Below, piece after piece: positions 49,324 to 58,387 of a DNA stretch of 64,000 nucleotides. The notes under the pieces are model-generated. The model worked only from the letters and a program-made list of their open reading frames with translations. It was not told the DNA's origin and made no database searches. Position numbers and translations under genes: made by a program. The DNA is taken from positions 1 through 64,000 of the IMG/VR virus record IMGVR_UViG_3300033978_000724; one strand, 5' to 3'. The number at the start of each line of letters is the position of its first letter. Position 1 is the stretch's first letter. Origin of the DNA: a virus.

Positions 49324-49760
49324 CTTTTAGGGCAAATTCGTCTATGAATAAAATCTATATGGCGAGAATCCGGCAATGTAGTTGAACGCCATAAGGGGTC
49401 TGGAGAATATTTATACCATTCTACTCCGCCCCTACTGTCACCTGTTACAAAGCCAATTAAGTCGTATTCTCCAGTACTACAAGACATGACACCATAAAAC
49501 TCATGATAGTCAAACGACAAAGACTTACTTCTTTGTTTTCTTTGTTCTCTAGTGATAAAACCGTATTTATCACTACCTAGAGGGATCAATTTTTTATCAA
49601 CTAAAAACACATCTATCGAGTCATCCCCTACTACTACAAACTGAGGCGGATTAGACCGTTGCCTTGCCCATTGAGGGTATCCTTGCCAATTTCCTTGTGC
49701 CAAAACATTCAACGGGACTAAAGCAATAATTGATGATAAAATAATAGTGGATAGTTTCAT
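49320..49760 (-). CDS. Secreted/periplasmic protein (moron-like)
   Basis: Signal peptide MKLSTIILSSIIALVPLNVLA; GAGGG RBS; convergent with the tape measure gene. Confidence 0.7.
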   Translation of the reverse strand: MKLSTIILSSIIALVPLNVLAQGNWQGYPQWARQRSNPPQFVVVGDDSIDVFLVDKKLIPLGSDKYGFITREQRKQRSKSLSFDYHEFYGVMSCSTGEYDLIGFVTGDSRGGVEWYKYSPDPLWRSTTLPDSRHIDFIHRRICPKS

Positions 49761-49839
49761 TTTGGTTCCCTCTTTTAGGTTAGGTTGATTAGTACCTATC
49801 ACTGTATTAAAATAGTGGTAGGTATTTTGATTTTAACAA

Positions 49840-50568
49840 ATGATCACCGATAAATATTTTACCGTCCAAGTGATAGCTAAGACGGTTAATCCACAACAAT
49901 CCGCATACTTAGCAATGCACCAGGATTATTCATCTGAATTAGTGGCTATTAACGAATCAATCCCTAGCGAGGAAAAGTGTGGGGAAATAATTGTCAACCG
50001 ATTATTAGCCGGCGATAGAGGACATTGGGGTCCTCTGGAGCATATTAATATTATTTTAAATTGTGGGTACTTCCCTCACTCAGTCATGCAACAGGCTACC
50101 AGACATAGGATAGCTAGTTTTGATGTGCAAAGTTTTCGATATACATCAGACCAAGTATTAGAAGTTGCCACCGGCGATAAAGATATTGAATCAGTATTCT
50201 ACCTGAGACCCGTCGGTGATTATTCTGATCGGAGTGGCAAAAAGTATCATTACTCAGAAGAACAAAGAGTAAATGATCTGCTGTGGTGCATGGAATCAGC
50301 TAAACGATATTATAAAGATATTAATGAGTATGGAATGTCTGAGGAACACGCCAGAGGTAAACTACCTTTTGACTACCGTCAACACTTTGTTGTTAGTTTT
50401 AATTGCCGTAGTCTCATGCACTTTTTGGATTTACGATCTAAAAAAGATGCACAATTAGAAATACAAATATTGTGTCAGCTGATGTGGAATCACTTTCAAG
50501 AGTGGGTCCCGCAAGTGGCTGAATGGTATCAGAAAAATAGATTAGGGAAGGCTAAGTTATCGCCATGA
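49840..50568 (+). CDS. thyX: FAD-dependent thymidylate synthase
   Basis: GHWGPLEH; RHRIASFDVQSFRY (RHR-x7-S); NCRSLMHFLDLR..AQLEI. Confidence 0.96.
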   Translation: MITDKYFTVQVIAKTVNPQQSAYLAMHQDYSSELVAINESIPSEEKCGEIIVNRLLAGDRGHWGPLEHINIILNCGYFPHSVMQQATRHRIASFDVQSFRYTSDQVLEVATGDKDIESVFYLRPVGDYSDRSGKKYHYSEEQRVNDLLWCMESAKRYYKDINEYGMSEEHARGKLPFDYRQHFVVSFNCRSLMHFLDLRSKKDAQLEIQILCQLMWNHFQEWVPQVAEWYQKNRLGKAKLSP

Positions 50569-50816
50569 ATAAGACTGAATTATTACAATCTATTCTCAAC
50601 CAAGCTGATCCTGACAGTGAATATTATGATGAAGATAACGATAACTGGCTTTTTGAAGCAGAATACCGCCCAAGGAAAGGTGGGTGGGCTATGCCGGTCG
50701 AAGCTAGACATTGGGGAGATGAAGGAGAGTATCTAGGAAAGGATATTAAAGAATCGTTGATAACATTGAAATACTTAGGATTTAGCGTACCTAAATATGA
50801 GAAAAAAGAAACTTAG
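50565..50816 (+). CDS. Hypothetical protein
   Basis: ATGA overlap; EYLG..I..L.YLGF end shared with the next gene. Confidence 0.6.
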   Translation: MNKTELLQSILNQADPDSEYYDEDNDNWLFEAEYRPRKGGWAMPVEARHWGDEGEYLGKDIKESLITLKYLGFSVPKYEKKET

Positions 50817-51048
50817 TAAAATAGAAATATTGCAATCTTACCTGGCATCTATTCCCACCAAAGAAGAATTTAAACACTTTATTAATAGTCAAGTTTTCTT
50901 TCGTGGTCCTGCCGGGTATTGGGTTGTGCTTGCCGGTCAAGAGGTTAAAAATCCTTTTGACGAAGAGACGGCAGAATATTTGGGCTTAAATTTTTCACAG
51001 GCTATGCACACTCTTAGATATTACGGATTTACTACTAATTATGATTAA
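50797..51048 (+). CDS. Hypothetical protein, likely tandem paralog of 50565..50816
   Basis: KIEILQS..EYLGLNFSQAMHTLRYYGF vs KTELLQS..EYLGKDIKESLITLKYLGF. Confidence 0.6.
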   Translation: MRKKKLSKIEILQSYLASIPTKEEFKHFINSQVFFRGPAGYWVVLAGQEVKNPFDEETAEYLGLNFSQAMHTLRYYGFTTNYD

Positions 51049-51229
51049 TATTACTACTCCAATTAAATTATGCCGTCGTGGCAGTTGTTGCCCTGAGTTA
51101 AGCATGACCGCCGCTGGCAATGTCAGGTTAACCGATGATTACGGAGGTAAAGTCATCCTTACTCAGGATGAAGTTGATATTTTGTATGTTGAGTTGGCCA
51201 AGTTAATAGCCCAAAAAGAGAATGTTTGA
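51041..51229 (+). CDS. Small Cys-containing hypothetical protein
   Basis: LCRRGSCCPEL..VRLTDDYGGKVILT; coupled. Confidence 0.6.
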   Translation: MINITTPIKLCRRGSCCPELSMTAAGNVRLTDDYGGKVILTQDEVDILYVELAKLIAQKENV

Positions 51230-51512
51230 TTTATTTGTCTGTAGCTACGGTCTAAGGTGGCTGATGTGGGAATACAAGTTATTCGACAATCAAAGGGCTT
51301 ATCTCGCAAATCTACACCCAATCCTGAAAGAATTAACCGGCTGTTCCTATTGCCAGATGATCGAGTGTTCTACTTTCCTTTGGGTCGTCTTTGAATTAAC
51401 CAACGTTCATCACTACCCAATTCCGATTGGTTTAGGGTATGTCCTCTTTTTTGGCTGGACAGCGTGGGTAATTTCCTTGCTAGAGAATTTACTCGACCGG
51501 CCCAAAGATTAA
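51222..51512 (+). CDS. Small membrane protein with CxxC (DUF1360-like)
   Basis: LKELTGCSYC followed by hydrophobic helices. Confidence 0.55.
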   Translation: MFDLFVCSYGLRWLMWEYKLFDNQRAYLANLHPILKELTGCSYCQMIECSTFLWVVFELTNVHHYPIPIGLGYVLFFGWTAWVISLLENLLDRPKD

Positions 51513-51520
51513 ATAATTAC

Positions 51521-51815
51521 ATTAGGCCAATAGATGATTTCTCTTTTTCTCTCTTACAGATTTGGTATATATATTATAAAGCATTTTCTGTCATCCCTAG
51601 GATTTAATACTAGAAACACTTTTAGCGATCCGGCGGGTGCGTGAATGAAGGCTATTCGCAACGAATACCGACGGCTAGGATGTACTTTTCCCGTCGGCGT
51701 TTCATTTCTTTACTTTTTAACCTGTTCTGGCTAAATACACTTTTTGTCAGCCGTCAAAGCTATGTCAGATATAGGATTATGCGATCCGCTGGTGTGGCGA
51801 ATGAAATCAGACATA
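51521..51815 (+). repeat. Dispersed ~300-bp non-coding element, copy 2 (most diverged)
   Basis: Shares ATTAGGCCA, ATATTATAAAGCA.TTCTGTCAT, ACTTTTAGCGAT, TGCGTGAATGA, AATACCGACGGCTA, AAATACACTTTTTGTCAG and GGCGAATGAAA in the same order. Confidence 0.93.
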
Positions 51816-51921
51816 GGTCGGGGTGTTTTTTAAAGTTGAGATTAATTATTTAGTATTTTGGACCAAACGTTAGCAAAAAAAGAGTCCCTTTGAGTAAATA
51901 TTCTGGACTCCTTTTTTGTGA

Positions 51922-53490
51922 CTAATTAACCTCGACCCCATTCTGATCGACAGGTATTTCCACTAAATCAACCCCACCCACCTGACTCTCTACCTTCCCC
52001 AAAATAGTCGGCAAATCCAATCCCTCACTAATCCCCTTGGCTACAGACTGGGGAGTAAGTACACCATATTTAAGCAATAAGTCATACCAGGGAATTAAAT
52101 CAGTAGCCAATGGCGAGACTTCTTTTTTCTCTTCTAAATCAAAATTATCTGGCAACCATTTACCCTCTTTCAATAAAGATAAATATTGTTCTGTGTTGAT
52201 GATACCTTTATCGTTTAACCCTCTGTATAACTCCGCTTTAGCTAAGTCAATTTGTTTTTCTAGTACAGCAGAATTAACCTTAACCGTCCCGCCTTTACCT
52301 GGTTTGTTCTCCCATAACGCCCAGATATTAAATACCGACTGAATAGCTGACTCCTTGTTTTTTGCCATATTAACCAAGTTAGCTTCTGACGATGCAGTGT
52401 CACGACTAATCTCTGTGGCTGTGGCTGTGGCTGTCCTAGCATTACCAGTCTGAAACGCCAAAGTTTTTAACCTCATCGCCTCAATTAATTTATCAATGTC
52501 ATTCTGCATCGGACCGATAGCTTCAGGACCGGGTGAGATAAATGATGCCTCACAATTCTTGATGTACATATTGGAGCCAATAGTTATTTCTTCATCCCCT
52601 AAAGCACCCGGACTTAATTCTTTTATCTGAAGGAACGGACATAATTTGTGGATAAGGTCATCTTTATTACTTGATTTTTGGAATAGCTGTAATTCCATCT
52701 CAGCTAAATCATAGAGTGGAATAGGTGACACTAGCGGGTCCTGAGATAATCCTGTGAGAGAATAGACAACGATAGGCATAACTGGCAGGGAATATTTGCC
52801 GTCTTCTATTAACACAGGGGTTTCAGTGTCTTCTTCCTCCTGCCAGACCTGATACCATTGATCGCCGATTACCCGGTATTGTTCTACTACCTTTTCCCCA
52901 AATGGTCCGTCTTCTACTATTAAAGATTGCTCAATAGTTAACTGAGTGATTGGATTATCTCTTGATTGGAGATTAGGGTTCGTTCTAGCATTAGGAATAT
53001 CTTTTCTCTCTATCAATACTAAATAAGGTCGTCGTCCTAACTGTCTTGATTCATATAAGGTGCTAGGCGTTTCGGTAGGGTAATCTATTAGAATCAAACA
53101 AAATCCATGCTTTAAAGATGCAATATCAGCTTGTTGAAAAAAGACCTCAATACTATTCCCTTTACCATCTATATTGTCTTTATGTTCTAACAGTGACTCT
53201 AATACGTCTTCATTTAATACAAAGTTTAGGAACCCGGCTGTACTTTGGATTGAATCTCTAAATACATTACGAAAATAAGAGTTAGCTATTCGTTTATGAT
53301 ATTGATCGCTAGGCTCCCCTGACTCTCTAGGGAGATAACGCATAATTTTTTCGCCATTATAAATACCCTCAAGCGGAGAATACCAAACACTCCGACCCTC
53401 GTACATATCATCCACAAACTCTAATTTCTTGTGTATCTCACGATAAAATAGTGATTCATAATTGGGAAAATCTTTGTTAGTATCGCTCAT
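51922..53490 (-). CDS. Portal protein (DUF4055-type)
   Basis: YLPRESGEPSDQYHKRI, NIDGKGNSI, RPYLVLI, PLYDLAEMEL, TATEISRD. Confidence 0.9.
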   Translation of the reverse strand: MSDTNKDFPNYESLFYREIHKKLEFVDDMYEGRSVWYSPLEGIYNGEKIMRYLPRESGEPSDQYHKRIANSYFRNVFRDSIQSTAGFLNFVLNEDVLESLLEHKDNIDGKGNSIEVFFQQADIASLKHGFCLILIDYPTETPSTLYESRQLGRRPYLVLIERKDIPNARTNPNLQSRDNPITQLTIEQSLIVEDGPFGEKVVEQYRVIGDQWYQVWQEEEDTETPVLIEDGKYSLPVMPIVVYSLTGLSQDPLVSPIPLYDLAEMELQLFQKSSNKDDLIHKLCPFLQIKELSPGALGDEEITIGSNMYIKNCEASFISPGPEAIGPMQNDIDKLIEAMRLKTLAFQTGNARTATATATEISRDTASSEANLVNMAKNKESAIQSVFNIWALWENKPGKGGTVKVNSAVLEKQIDLAKAELYRGLNDKGIINTEQYLSLLKEGKWLPDNFDLEEKKEVSPLATDLIPWYDLLLKYGVLTPQSVAKGISEGLDLPTILGKVESQVGGVDLVEIPVDQNGVEVN

Positions 53491-53541
53491 ATAACCTTTT
53501 TATGTATTATAATCATTGATAAATCATAACATTAAAACACT

Positions 53542-54348
53542 ATGGAAGAAAATCAAATAGCCGACGATTCTAACTTAGAAGAAGCACCCGCCGAGCGTTC
53601 CCTGGAGGAACAATTAGAAGTTACTAAATTGACGATGATCAAGGAGAGAAATAGAGGTAAACAGTTAGAAAAGGAAAATAAAGAGTTAAAAAGACAGCAG
53701 GACGCACAGCAGAAGCAGTTAGCTCAATTACAACAACAGTTTGAACTGTTTTCTTTGGGTGGTGATAAACCAGTTACTCCTGATGTTGTTACTCCACAAG
53801 AGAAAAGATCAGAATCTCCTGATTTGGCTTATCAACAAGCGGCTAAACAAGTAGTATCAGGATTGCAAAGAGAGAATGAAGAACTAAAAGCGGCGGCCGC
53901 TAATGAGAGAAAAGAGAGAAAAAATGCTGAATTAAAAAAAGCTATTTTCACTGAATTTGTAAAAGCGGGCGGTATTTTACCGAGCGATCCTCAAGTTCTG
54001 AATATGCAAAACTCAGATGATAGCCCCTATGAGAACGTTGAATTAAAAATAATGTCTTCTGTTAAAGAGGAAAACGATGAGATATTCTTTGTGGATAAAA
54101 ACGGGAACATAGAAACCGACGCTCAAGGAGTGCCTTTGACTATGGCGGGGAAAATGCAACGCATCCAACAGTCATTATCTTACAGCTCCTGTTTTAAATC
54201 TGATAATAATAATATAGGAATGGGAACACCAACGGGAACTAAAAATAATTATACAAAAGGTGCTTCGGTTCGTTCTGGTAAAGACATGGCAACCGGAAAA
54301 GTAAAGTTAGAGGATATTTTAAACGGAAAAGCTGTGATTAGAGATTAA
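53542..54348 (+). CDS. Capsid scaffolding protein
   Basis: Coiled-coil, acidic N-terminus; FK...G.G.P C-terminal pattern; divergent from the portal gene. Confidence 0.7.
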   Translation: MEENQIADDSNLEEAPAERSLEEQLEVTKLTMIKERNRGKQLEKENKELKRQQDAQQKQLAQLQQQFELFSLGGDKPVTPDVVTPQEKRSESPDLAYQQAAKQVVSGLQRENEELKAAAANERKERKNAELKKAIFTEFVKAGGILPSDPQVLNMQNSDDSPYENVELKIMSSVKEENDEIFFVDKNGNIETDAQGVPLTMAGKMQRIQQSLSYSSCFKSDNNNIGMGTPTGTKNNYTKGASVRSGKDMATGKVKLEDILNGKAVIRD

Positions 54349-54385
54349 TATAATTATTAAGGAATAATAAACAGAAGGGGAAATA

Positions 54386-54895
54386 GTGGCTAAAGACCGC
54401 ATTAGAAAATGTGCGATATTACATTTCAAAAACCCGAAAATCTGGCATTACCAAAAGTTAGCCAGTCTTTTTGGTGTATCTATCGCCACTATTTCCCGTT
54501 GGGCTAATAGCAAAGAATGGCAGTCAATGTCAGAGGCTTTTCAGTTCGTTGATATTCATTCTCAGGATGTAGTCGATCAGGTCTGGCAGGATAAACACCT
54601 ACAGGAATTACAGGAGTGGCAAGATAAACAGAAAACTATTGCCAACTTTCAGACAGGTATAGTGATCCAGTTATGCCAGTTAACAGCAGACCTAATCAAA
54701 GAAGTGAAGGACGAAGAGGTGGCAGGACTTAGTAAATTAAAACAGATTGGTAATTTTAATTCCCTTGCATCGGCGATAGATAAACTCCAGAACAGAAGCA
54801 CAGAAGCGATGACTCAGGTATTAAGTATTGACAAGATATTAGAGGCGATAGATAACCCGGAACCTAAACAATTAGAGTTGGATTTTGGCGGGTAA
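54386..54895 (+). CDS. Putative terminase small subunit
   Basis: HTH YQKLASLFGVSIATISRWANSKEW, then helices; in the packaging locus. Confidence 0.6.
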   Translation: MAKDRIRKCAILHFKNPKIWHYQKLASLFGVSIATISRWANSKEWQSMSEAFQFVDIHSQDVVDQVWQDKHLQELQEWQDKQKTIANFQTGIVIQLCQLTADLIKEVKDEEVAGLSKLKQIGNFNSLASAIDKLQNRSTEAMTQVLSIDKILEAIDNPEPKQLELDFGG

Positions 54896-54984
54896 TCAAA
54901 CCGCTTATATGGAGTGTGGAATTAAGCCATGCGACGCACTGAAGAAATATATGGCAGGTTAAATCACTGATCTAATTCTCGCTG

Positions 54985-55022
54985 GCCCGCCCTCCCGAAA
55001 CAGGACGGGCTTATTTTATTTT
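54985..55022 (+). terminator. Intrinsic terminator
   Basis: GCCCGCCCT..AGGACGGGC followed by a T-rich tail. Confidence 0.65.
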
Positions 55023-55084
55023 TACCATGAAACCATTGAGAACAAAGGAACCCAAAAAAGATTTAAAATATCTTTGAAAATGTA

Positions 55085-55113
55085 TTGACAATTCAAAAGT
55101 ATTAATCTAGTAT
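55085..55113 (+). promoter_or_regulatory. Sigma70-type promoter
   Basis: TTGACA-N17-TAGTAT; 22 bp identical to the 63.65-kb promoter. Confidence 0.8.
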
Positions 55114-55147
55114 AGGAAATGTAGATATTAAATACAAAGGACAAAAA

Positions 55148-55480
55148 ATGAAACCAACAATAGGAAGAGACGCTTTAGCAAATAAAGCCAAGAAATTAGA
55201 GAAATACTTGTCAAATAAAGGTATTAAAGTAATCCTGCTTAACCGCCTAAAATCTATTCACGGTCCCGATGATGACATCATTGAGTTAGACATAGAGAAG
55301 ACATCTCACCTTCGGCTGTTGGCATCGGACCACAACCCAGGCAAATTTGAATTGATTGGGATTGCTAGGTTGATTGAAAGAAATCAACTTACAGGCAATT
55401 TCTGGAACTTACTGGACGGACTAGACAAGAATATTCTTTTGCCTGAATGTCCTGAACCAGATGATCAATACAACTTCTAG
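55148..55480 (+). CDS. Hypothetical early protein
   Basis: Promoter plus ACAAAGGAC RBS. Confidence 0.7.
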   Translation: MKPTIGRDALANKAKKLEKYLSNKGIKVILLNRLKSIHGPDDDIIELDIEKTSHLRLLASDHNPGKFELIGIARLIERNQLTGNFWNLLDGLDKNILLPECPEPDDQYNF

Positions 55481-55529
55481 CAGGTATATCACCCGGACCC
55501 TCACCCGGTCCGGTATTCACTAATAAAAT

Positions 55530-55724
55530 ATGAAAAAGAAAACAGAAAACCGTGGGGGACCCCGCCCCAACTCTGGAGCCAAAAAGAAAGGCTCCGCCGC
55601 TAGAGTGAAAGTATCCTTCACCCTAGAGCCGGAGTGTAAAGAGTTTTTAAGTAGTTTAGCTTTAGATCAGGGGGTAACTAGGTCTGATTGGCTTAACCAA
55701 TTAATAAGAGAATTGATGGAATGA
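55530..55724 (+). CDS. RHH/CopG-like regulator
   Basis: RGGPRPNSG basic arm; VSFTLEPEC..GVTRSDWLNQLI. Confidence 0.75.
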   Translation: MKKKTENRGGPRPNSGAKKKGSAARVKVSFTLEPECKEFLSSLALDQGVTRSDWLNQLIRELME

Positions 55725-55761
55725 TTTTAATAACGACTAGGGGGACCTGGTCGTTATTTGT

Positions 55762-56811
55762 TTATGTCAACCATTGCTCAATAACTGCTTTAGCCACTTC
55801 ATACATCATTTTTGGCGGTACTGACATTCCTATAATGTATTTGCCTATTTTGTCGTTTCTTGCTTGGTAATCGTCGGGGAAGGAGCCTAGGCGTTTCCAT
55901 TCTCTGAAAGTTAGTCTTCTAGGACTGCTCCAGTGTTTGAATGAATCATAGGCAGAGGCTAAAGTGTAAGATGGTTTTTTGCTGTTTAACTTGACATGGT
56001 GAAATAATTTTCTCTTGGTCTCTCCGTTTCGTGTTACTCCAAACGAATAGTCTTCTCCTTCTTCTGTTAAATGCCAGTATTTTTTGTCGTAGTTACTTGA
56101 GAATAGCGTTTCTTCTATCTCATCCTGAGTCAAAACCTGTAAATCACTAGTAGCCTCACCCGCACTAATCCACCTATGTTTAGGATTTAATACCAACTTG
56201 TCAACAGAAATATCATTCCGAATAGCAATAAAAAATACCCGTTCTCTCTTTTGGGGAACCCCACAGTCAGCAGCATTAACAAGAAATAATTGTGGTCTAT
56301 AACCAATCTCTTTGTATCGGTCAAATACCATCTTGACATAACCTTTGGCGTTACCTTGAATCATTCCTTTGACGTTTTCTGCAATAGATACTTTAGGTCT
56401 TAATCGGTCAACTAAGTCCAGATAGTCAAAGAATAAATCATCTAATACCTGAACGGATTGCCCTTCTCTAAACTTCTTTCTCTTGCCCCAATCTTTTTCC
56501 CTATTCCCTGCCATAGAAAAAGCAGAACACGGCGGGGAACCATCCAATATGTCTAACTCATATAATTCTTGTGGTAAGTTTTTTTTTAATAAGTCTTTAA
56601 TAGGACAAAGAAAATAGTATTTAGGATGGTGATTGAGTTTGTAGTGATATGCCATCTCTGGATCAATATCATTAGCACCTATCATCTGACAGCCCGCTAA
56701 TTTATAGCCCATGGTGCTGCCACCACCACAGGCAAAAGTAGAAAATACTTTTATGTCTTTTTGGGGTACTGATTTTAAATCAGTCAAAAACCATGCGTGA
56801 GGATTAGTCAT
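55762..56811 (-). CDS. DNA (cytosine-5)-methyltransferase
   Basis: FACGGG, DGSPPCSAFS, AENVKG, PQKRER, GMSVPP; start ATG 56811 coupled to ParB. Confidence 0.93.
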   Translation of the reverse strand: MTNPHAWFLTDLKSVPQKDIKVFSTFACGGGSTMGYKLAGCQMIGANDIDPEMAYHYKLNHHPKYYFLCPIKDLLKKNLPQELYELDILDGSPPCSAFSMAGNREKDWGKRKKFREGQSVQVLDDLFFDYLDLVDRLRPKVSIAENVKGMIQGNAKGYVKMVFDRYKEIGYRPQLFLVNAADCGVPQKRERVFFIAIRNDISVDKLVLNPKHRWISAGEATSDLQVLTQDEIEETLFSSNYDKKYWHLTEEGEDYSFGVTRNGETKRKLFHHVKLNSKKPSYTLASAYDSFKHWSSPRRLTFREWKRLGSFPDDYQARNDKIGKYIIGMSVPPKMMYEVAKAVIEQWLT

Positions 56812-57433
56812 TGTATTCAAAACCACACTTAGGACATTGATGATTAAAACTAAAAGAATCAACGTCTATTTCCTTTGTGACTCCTTCTTTTTGTTCTTTT
56901 GGTTCCATGCCTTCTGGTTCGGCATCTCTTTCATACTCTGCCTCTGGTACGAAGGTCTCACTATTATATTCACTCTCAACCACCTCAATCCCCACCGTCT
57001 GACTTTCCAACTCCATCAATAACTTATCTAACTCCTCCCGACCATAACCAGTAGCATCAATATCATCCTGAAACCGTGTCAGTTCTTTTAACAACTTCTC
57101 AATATCATATTCACCCTCAGCGGATTTATTATCTAATAACCTAGCCTTATCAGCTACATCCGGTGACACATCTACTATTATCGCAGGGACGACCGGCCAA
57201 CCTTTTTGGATAGCCGCTTCTAAACGACCATGACCTTTGATAATAGACATATCCCTTTTATTCGCCACAACAGGCTGATCGAACCCGGTCAAATCAATTG
57301 ATCTTTTTAGTAATTCTATTTGTGATTGTGGATGTTTTTTTGCATTCAATAGGTAAAGTTTTAATTCCTCTACGGGTACTAACTTTATCTCAGTAGGTAT
57401 TTGATTGGGGTCAAATTGTTTTATTTTCTTCAC
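56804..57433 (-). CDS. ParB/Srx N-terminal domain protein with C-terminal CxxC
   Basis: NAKKHPQSQI..GFDQPVV..IIKGHGRLEAA..RLLDNK; CPKCG. Confidence 0.88.
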   Translation of the reverse strand: MKKIKQFDPNQIPTEIKLVPVEELKLYLLNAKKHPQSQIELLKRSIDLTGFDQPVVANKRDMSIIKGHGRLEAAIQKGWPVVPAIIVDVSPDVADKARLLDNKSAEGEYDIEKLLKELTRFQDDIDATGYGREELDKLLMELESQTVGIEVVESEYNSETFVPEAEYERDAEPEGMEPKEQKEGVTKEIDVDSFSFNHQCPKCGFEYND

Positions 57434-57584
57434 TGTTTCTTGTTATTAAAAACTGTTTTTTATTCTAGCAGATTGAATCGCAATTACGATATTTATGGTA
57501 AAATATTTATATAAAAATTCCCCTCGCTGGTTGGTACTGGAATACCGGGACCACAGGGGATGTAACCTAAATGGAGAGGTCACA

Positions 57585-58214
57585 ATGAGTAATTTATCAT
57601 ATCAAGGAAACAGTATAACCCAAAGAGATGGCGACGGGTATGTCAACGCTACCCAAATGGCAAAAGCTAATGATGCAAGGTTTGACAACTGGATCGCAAC
57701 CGAAAATGCTAAGGAATACCTGAAAGCCTTGCAGGAGTCTGATCTCCTGGAAATTCAGGAAAACAATAAAACCCTTATTGTTGTAGAGTCCAAAGGTTTT
57801 CCTGCTATTAAAACTATGTGGGTTCATCCTCTCGTTGCGATAGCCTTCGCTCAGTGGATTAGTCCAAGGTTTCATGTTTGGTGTAACCAGCATATTAAGA
57901 CGTTACTAGAAACAGGTAAAACCACAACAGGCAAGTTTAAGCACAATCTTGAATGGTATGACCGCCTACTTTACTACAAAGCTAGGACAAAAATAGAAGT
58001 TGGTTATTTCTCAATCTTTGAAGAATTAAACAATTCAATCATCAGCGAATTAGAACACTCTGGTTATACCTTGCCACTAGGTTCTGTCCCTGATATTAGC
58101 GTTGGACAATGTTTTTGTAATTACCTCAGAAGTATTGGCTATAACCTAGAGAAAATAACCAAACTTTATACTCATTATTATCCTGATGGACGGGTTATTT
58201 GCCAAGTTATCTAG
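57585..58214 (+). CDS. KilA-N domain DNA-binding protein; 3' end possibly frameshifted
   Basis: RDGDGYVNATQMAKA..WVHPLVAIAFAQWISPRF; GGAGAGG RBS before ATG 57585. Confidence 0.9.
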   Translation: MSNLSYQGNSITQRDGDGYVNATQMAKANDARFDNWIATENAKEYLKALQESDLLEIQENNKTLIVVESKGFPAIKTMWVHPLVAIAFAQWISPRFHVWCNQHIKTLLETGKTTTGKFKHNLEWYDRLLYYKARTKIEVGYFSIFEELNNSIISELEHSGYTLPLGSVPDISVGQCFCNYLRSIGYNLEKITKLYTHYYPDGRVICQVI

Positions 58215-58293
58215 GGCGGTCGCAATCTTAGCATTTCAACCCGGTGGAGTAGAAATATTTGGGCAAAAGTACGAGGCGAAGCTAACAAAATAA

Positions 58294-58366
58294 TGCGTCT
58301 TACTGGAATCGAACCAGCCTTAAGGTGAATTATGAGTTCACTGCCTCCCCAATCGGCCAAAAACGC
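58294..58366 (-). tRNA. tRNA with CAT anticodon (elongator Met or Ile2); no encoded CCA
   Basis: Acceptor stem GCGTTTT/AAGACGC, anticodon arm GTGAA-CTCATAA-TTCAC, T arm GCTGG-TTCGATT-CCAGT, discriminator A. Confidence 0.9.
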
Positions 58367-58387
58367 TAATGAGATTATTATACCTTG

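Noticed and set aside
51641-51853. 70-aa ORF inside repeat copy 2
   Set aside because: GTG start without an RBS, and I saw no equivalent ORF in copies 1 and 3; the element appears non-coding
54886-55010. HDV-like ribozyme (GGCGGG/CCCGCC with a TTCTCGC loop)
   Set aside because: Lacks the GG for P1.1 and a P2/P4 arrangement; the 3' part is better read as a terminator
58294-58366. tRNA as an attachment site/prophage boundary, or as an initiator tRNA
   Set aside because: Phage genes lie on both sides, with no integrase or duplicated 3' end seen; G1-C72 is paired and there is no GGG/CCC anticodon stem
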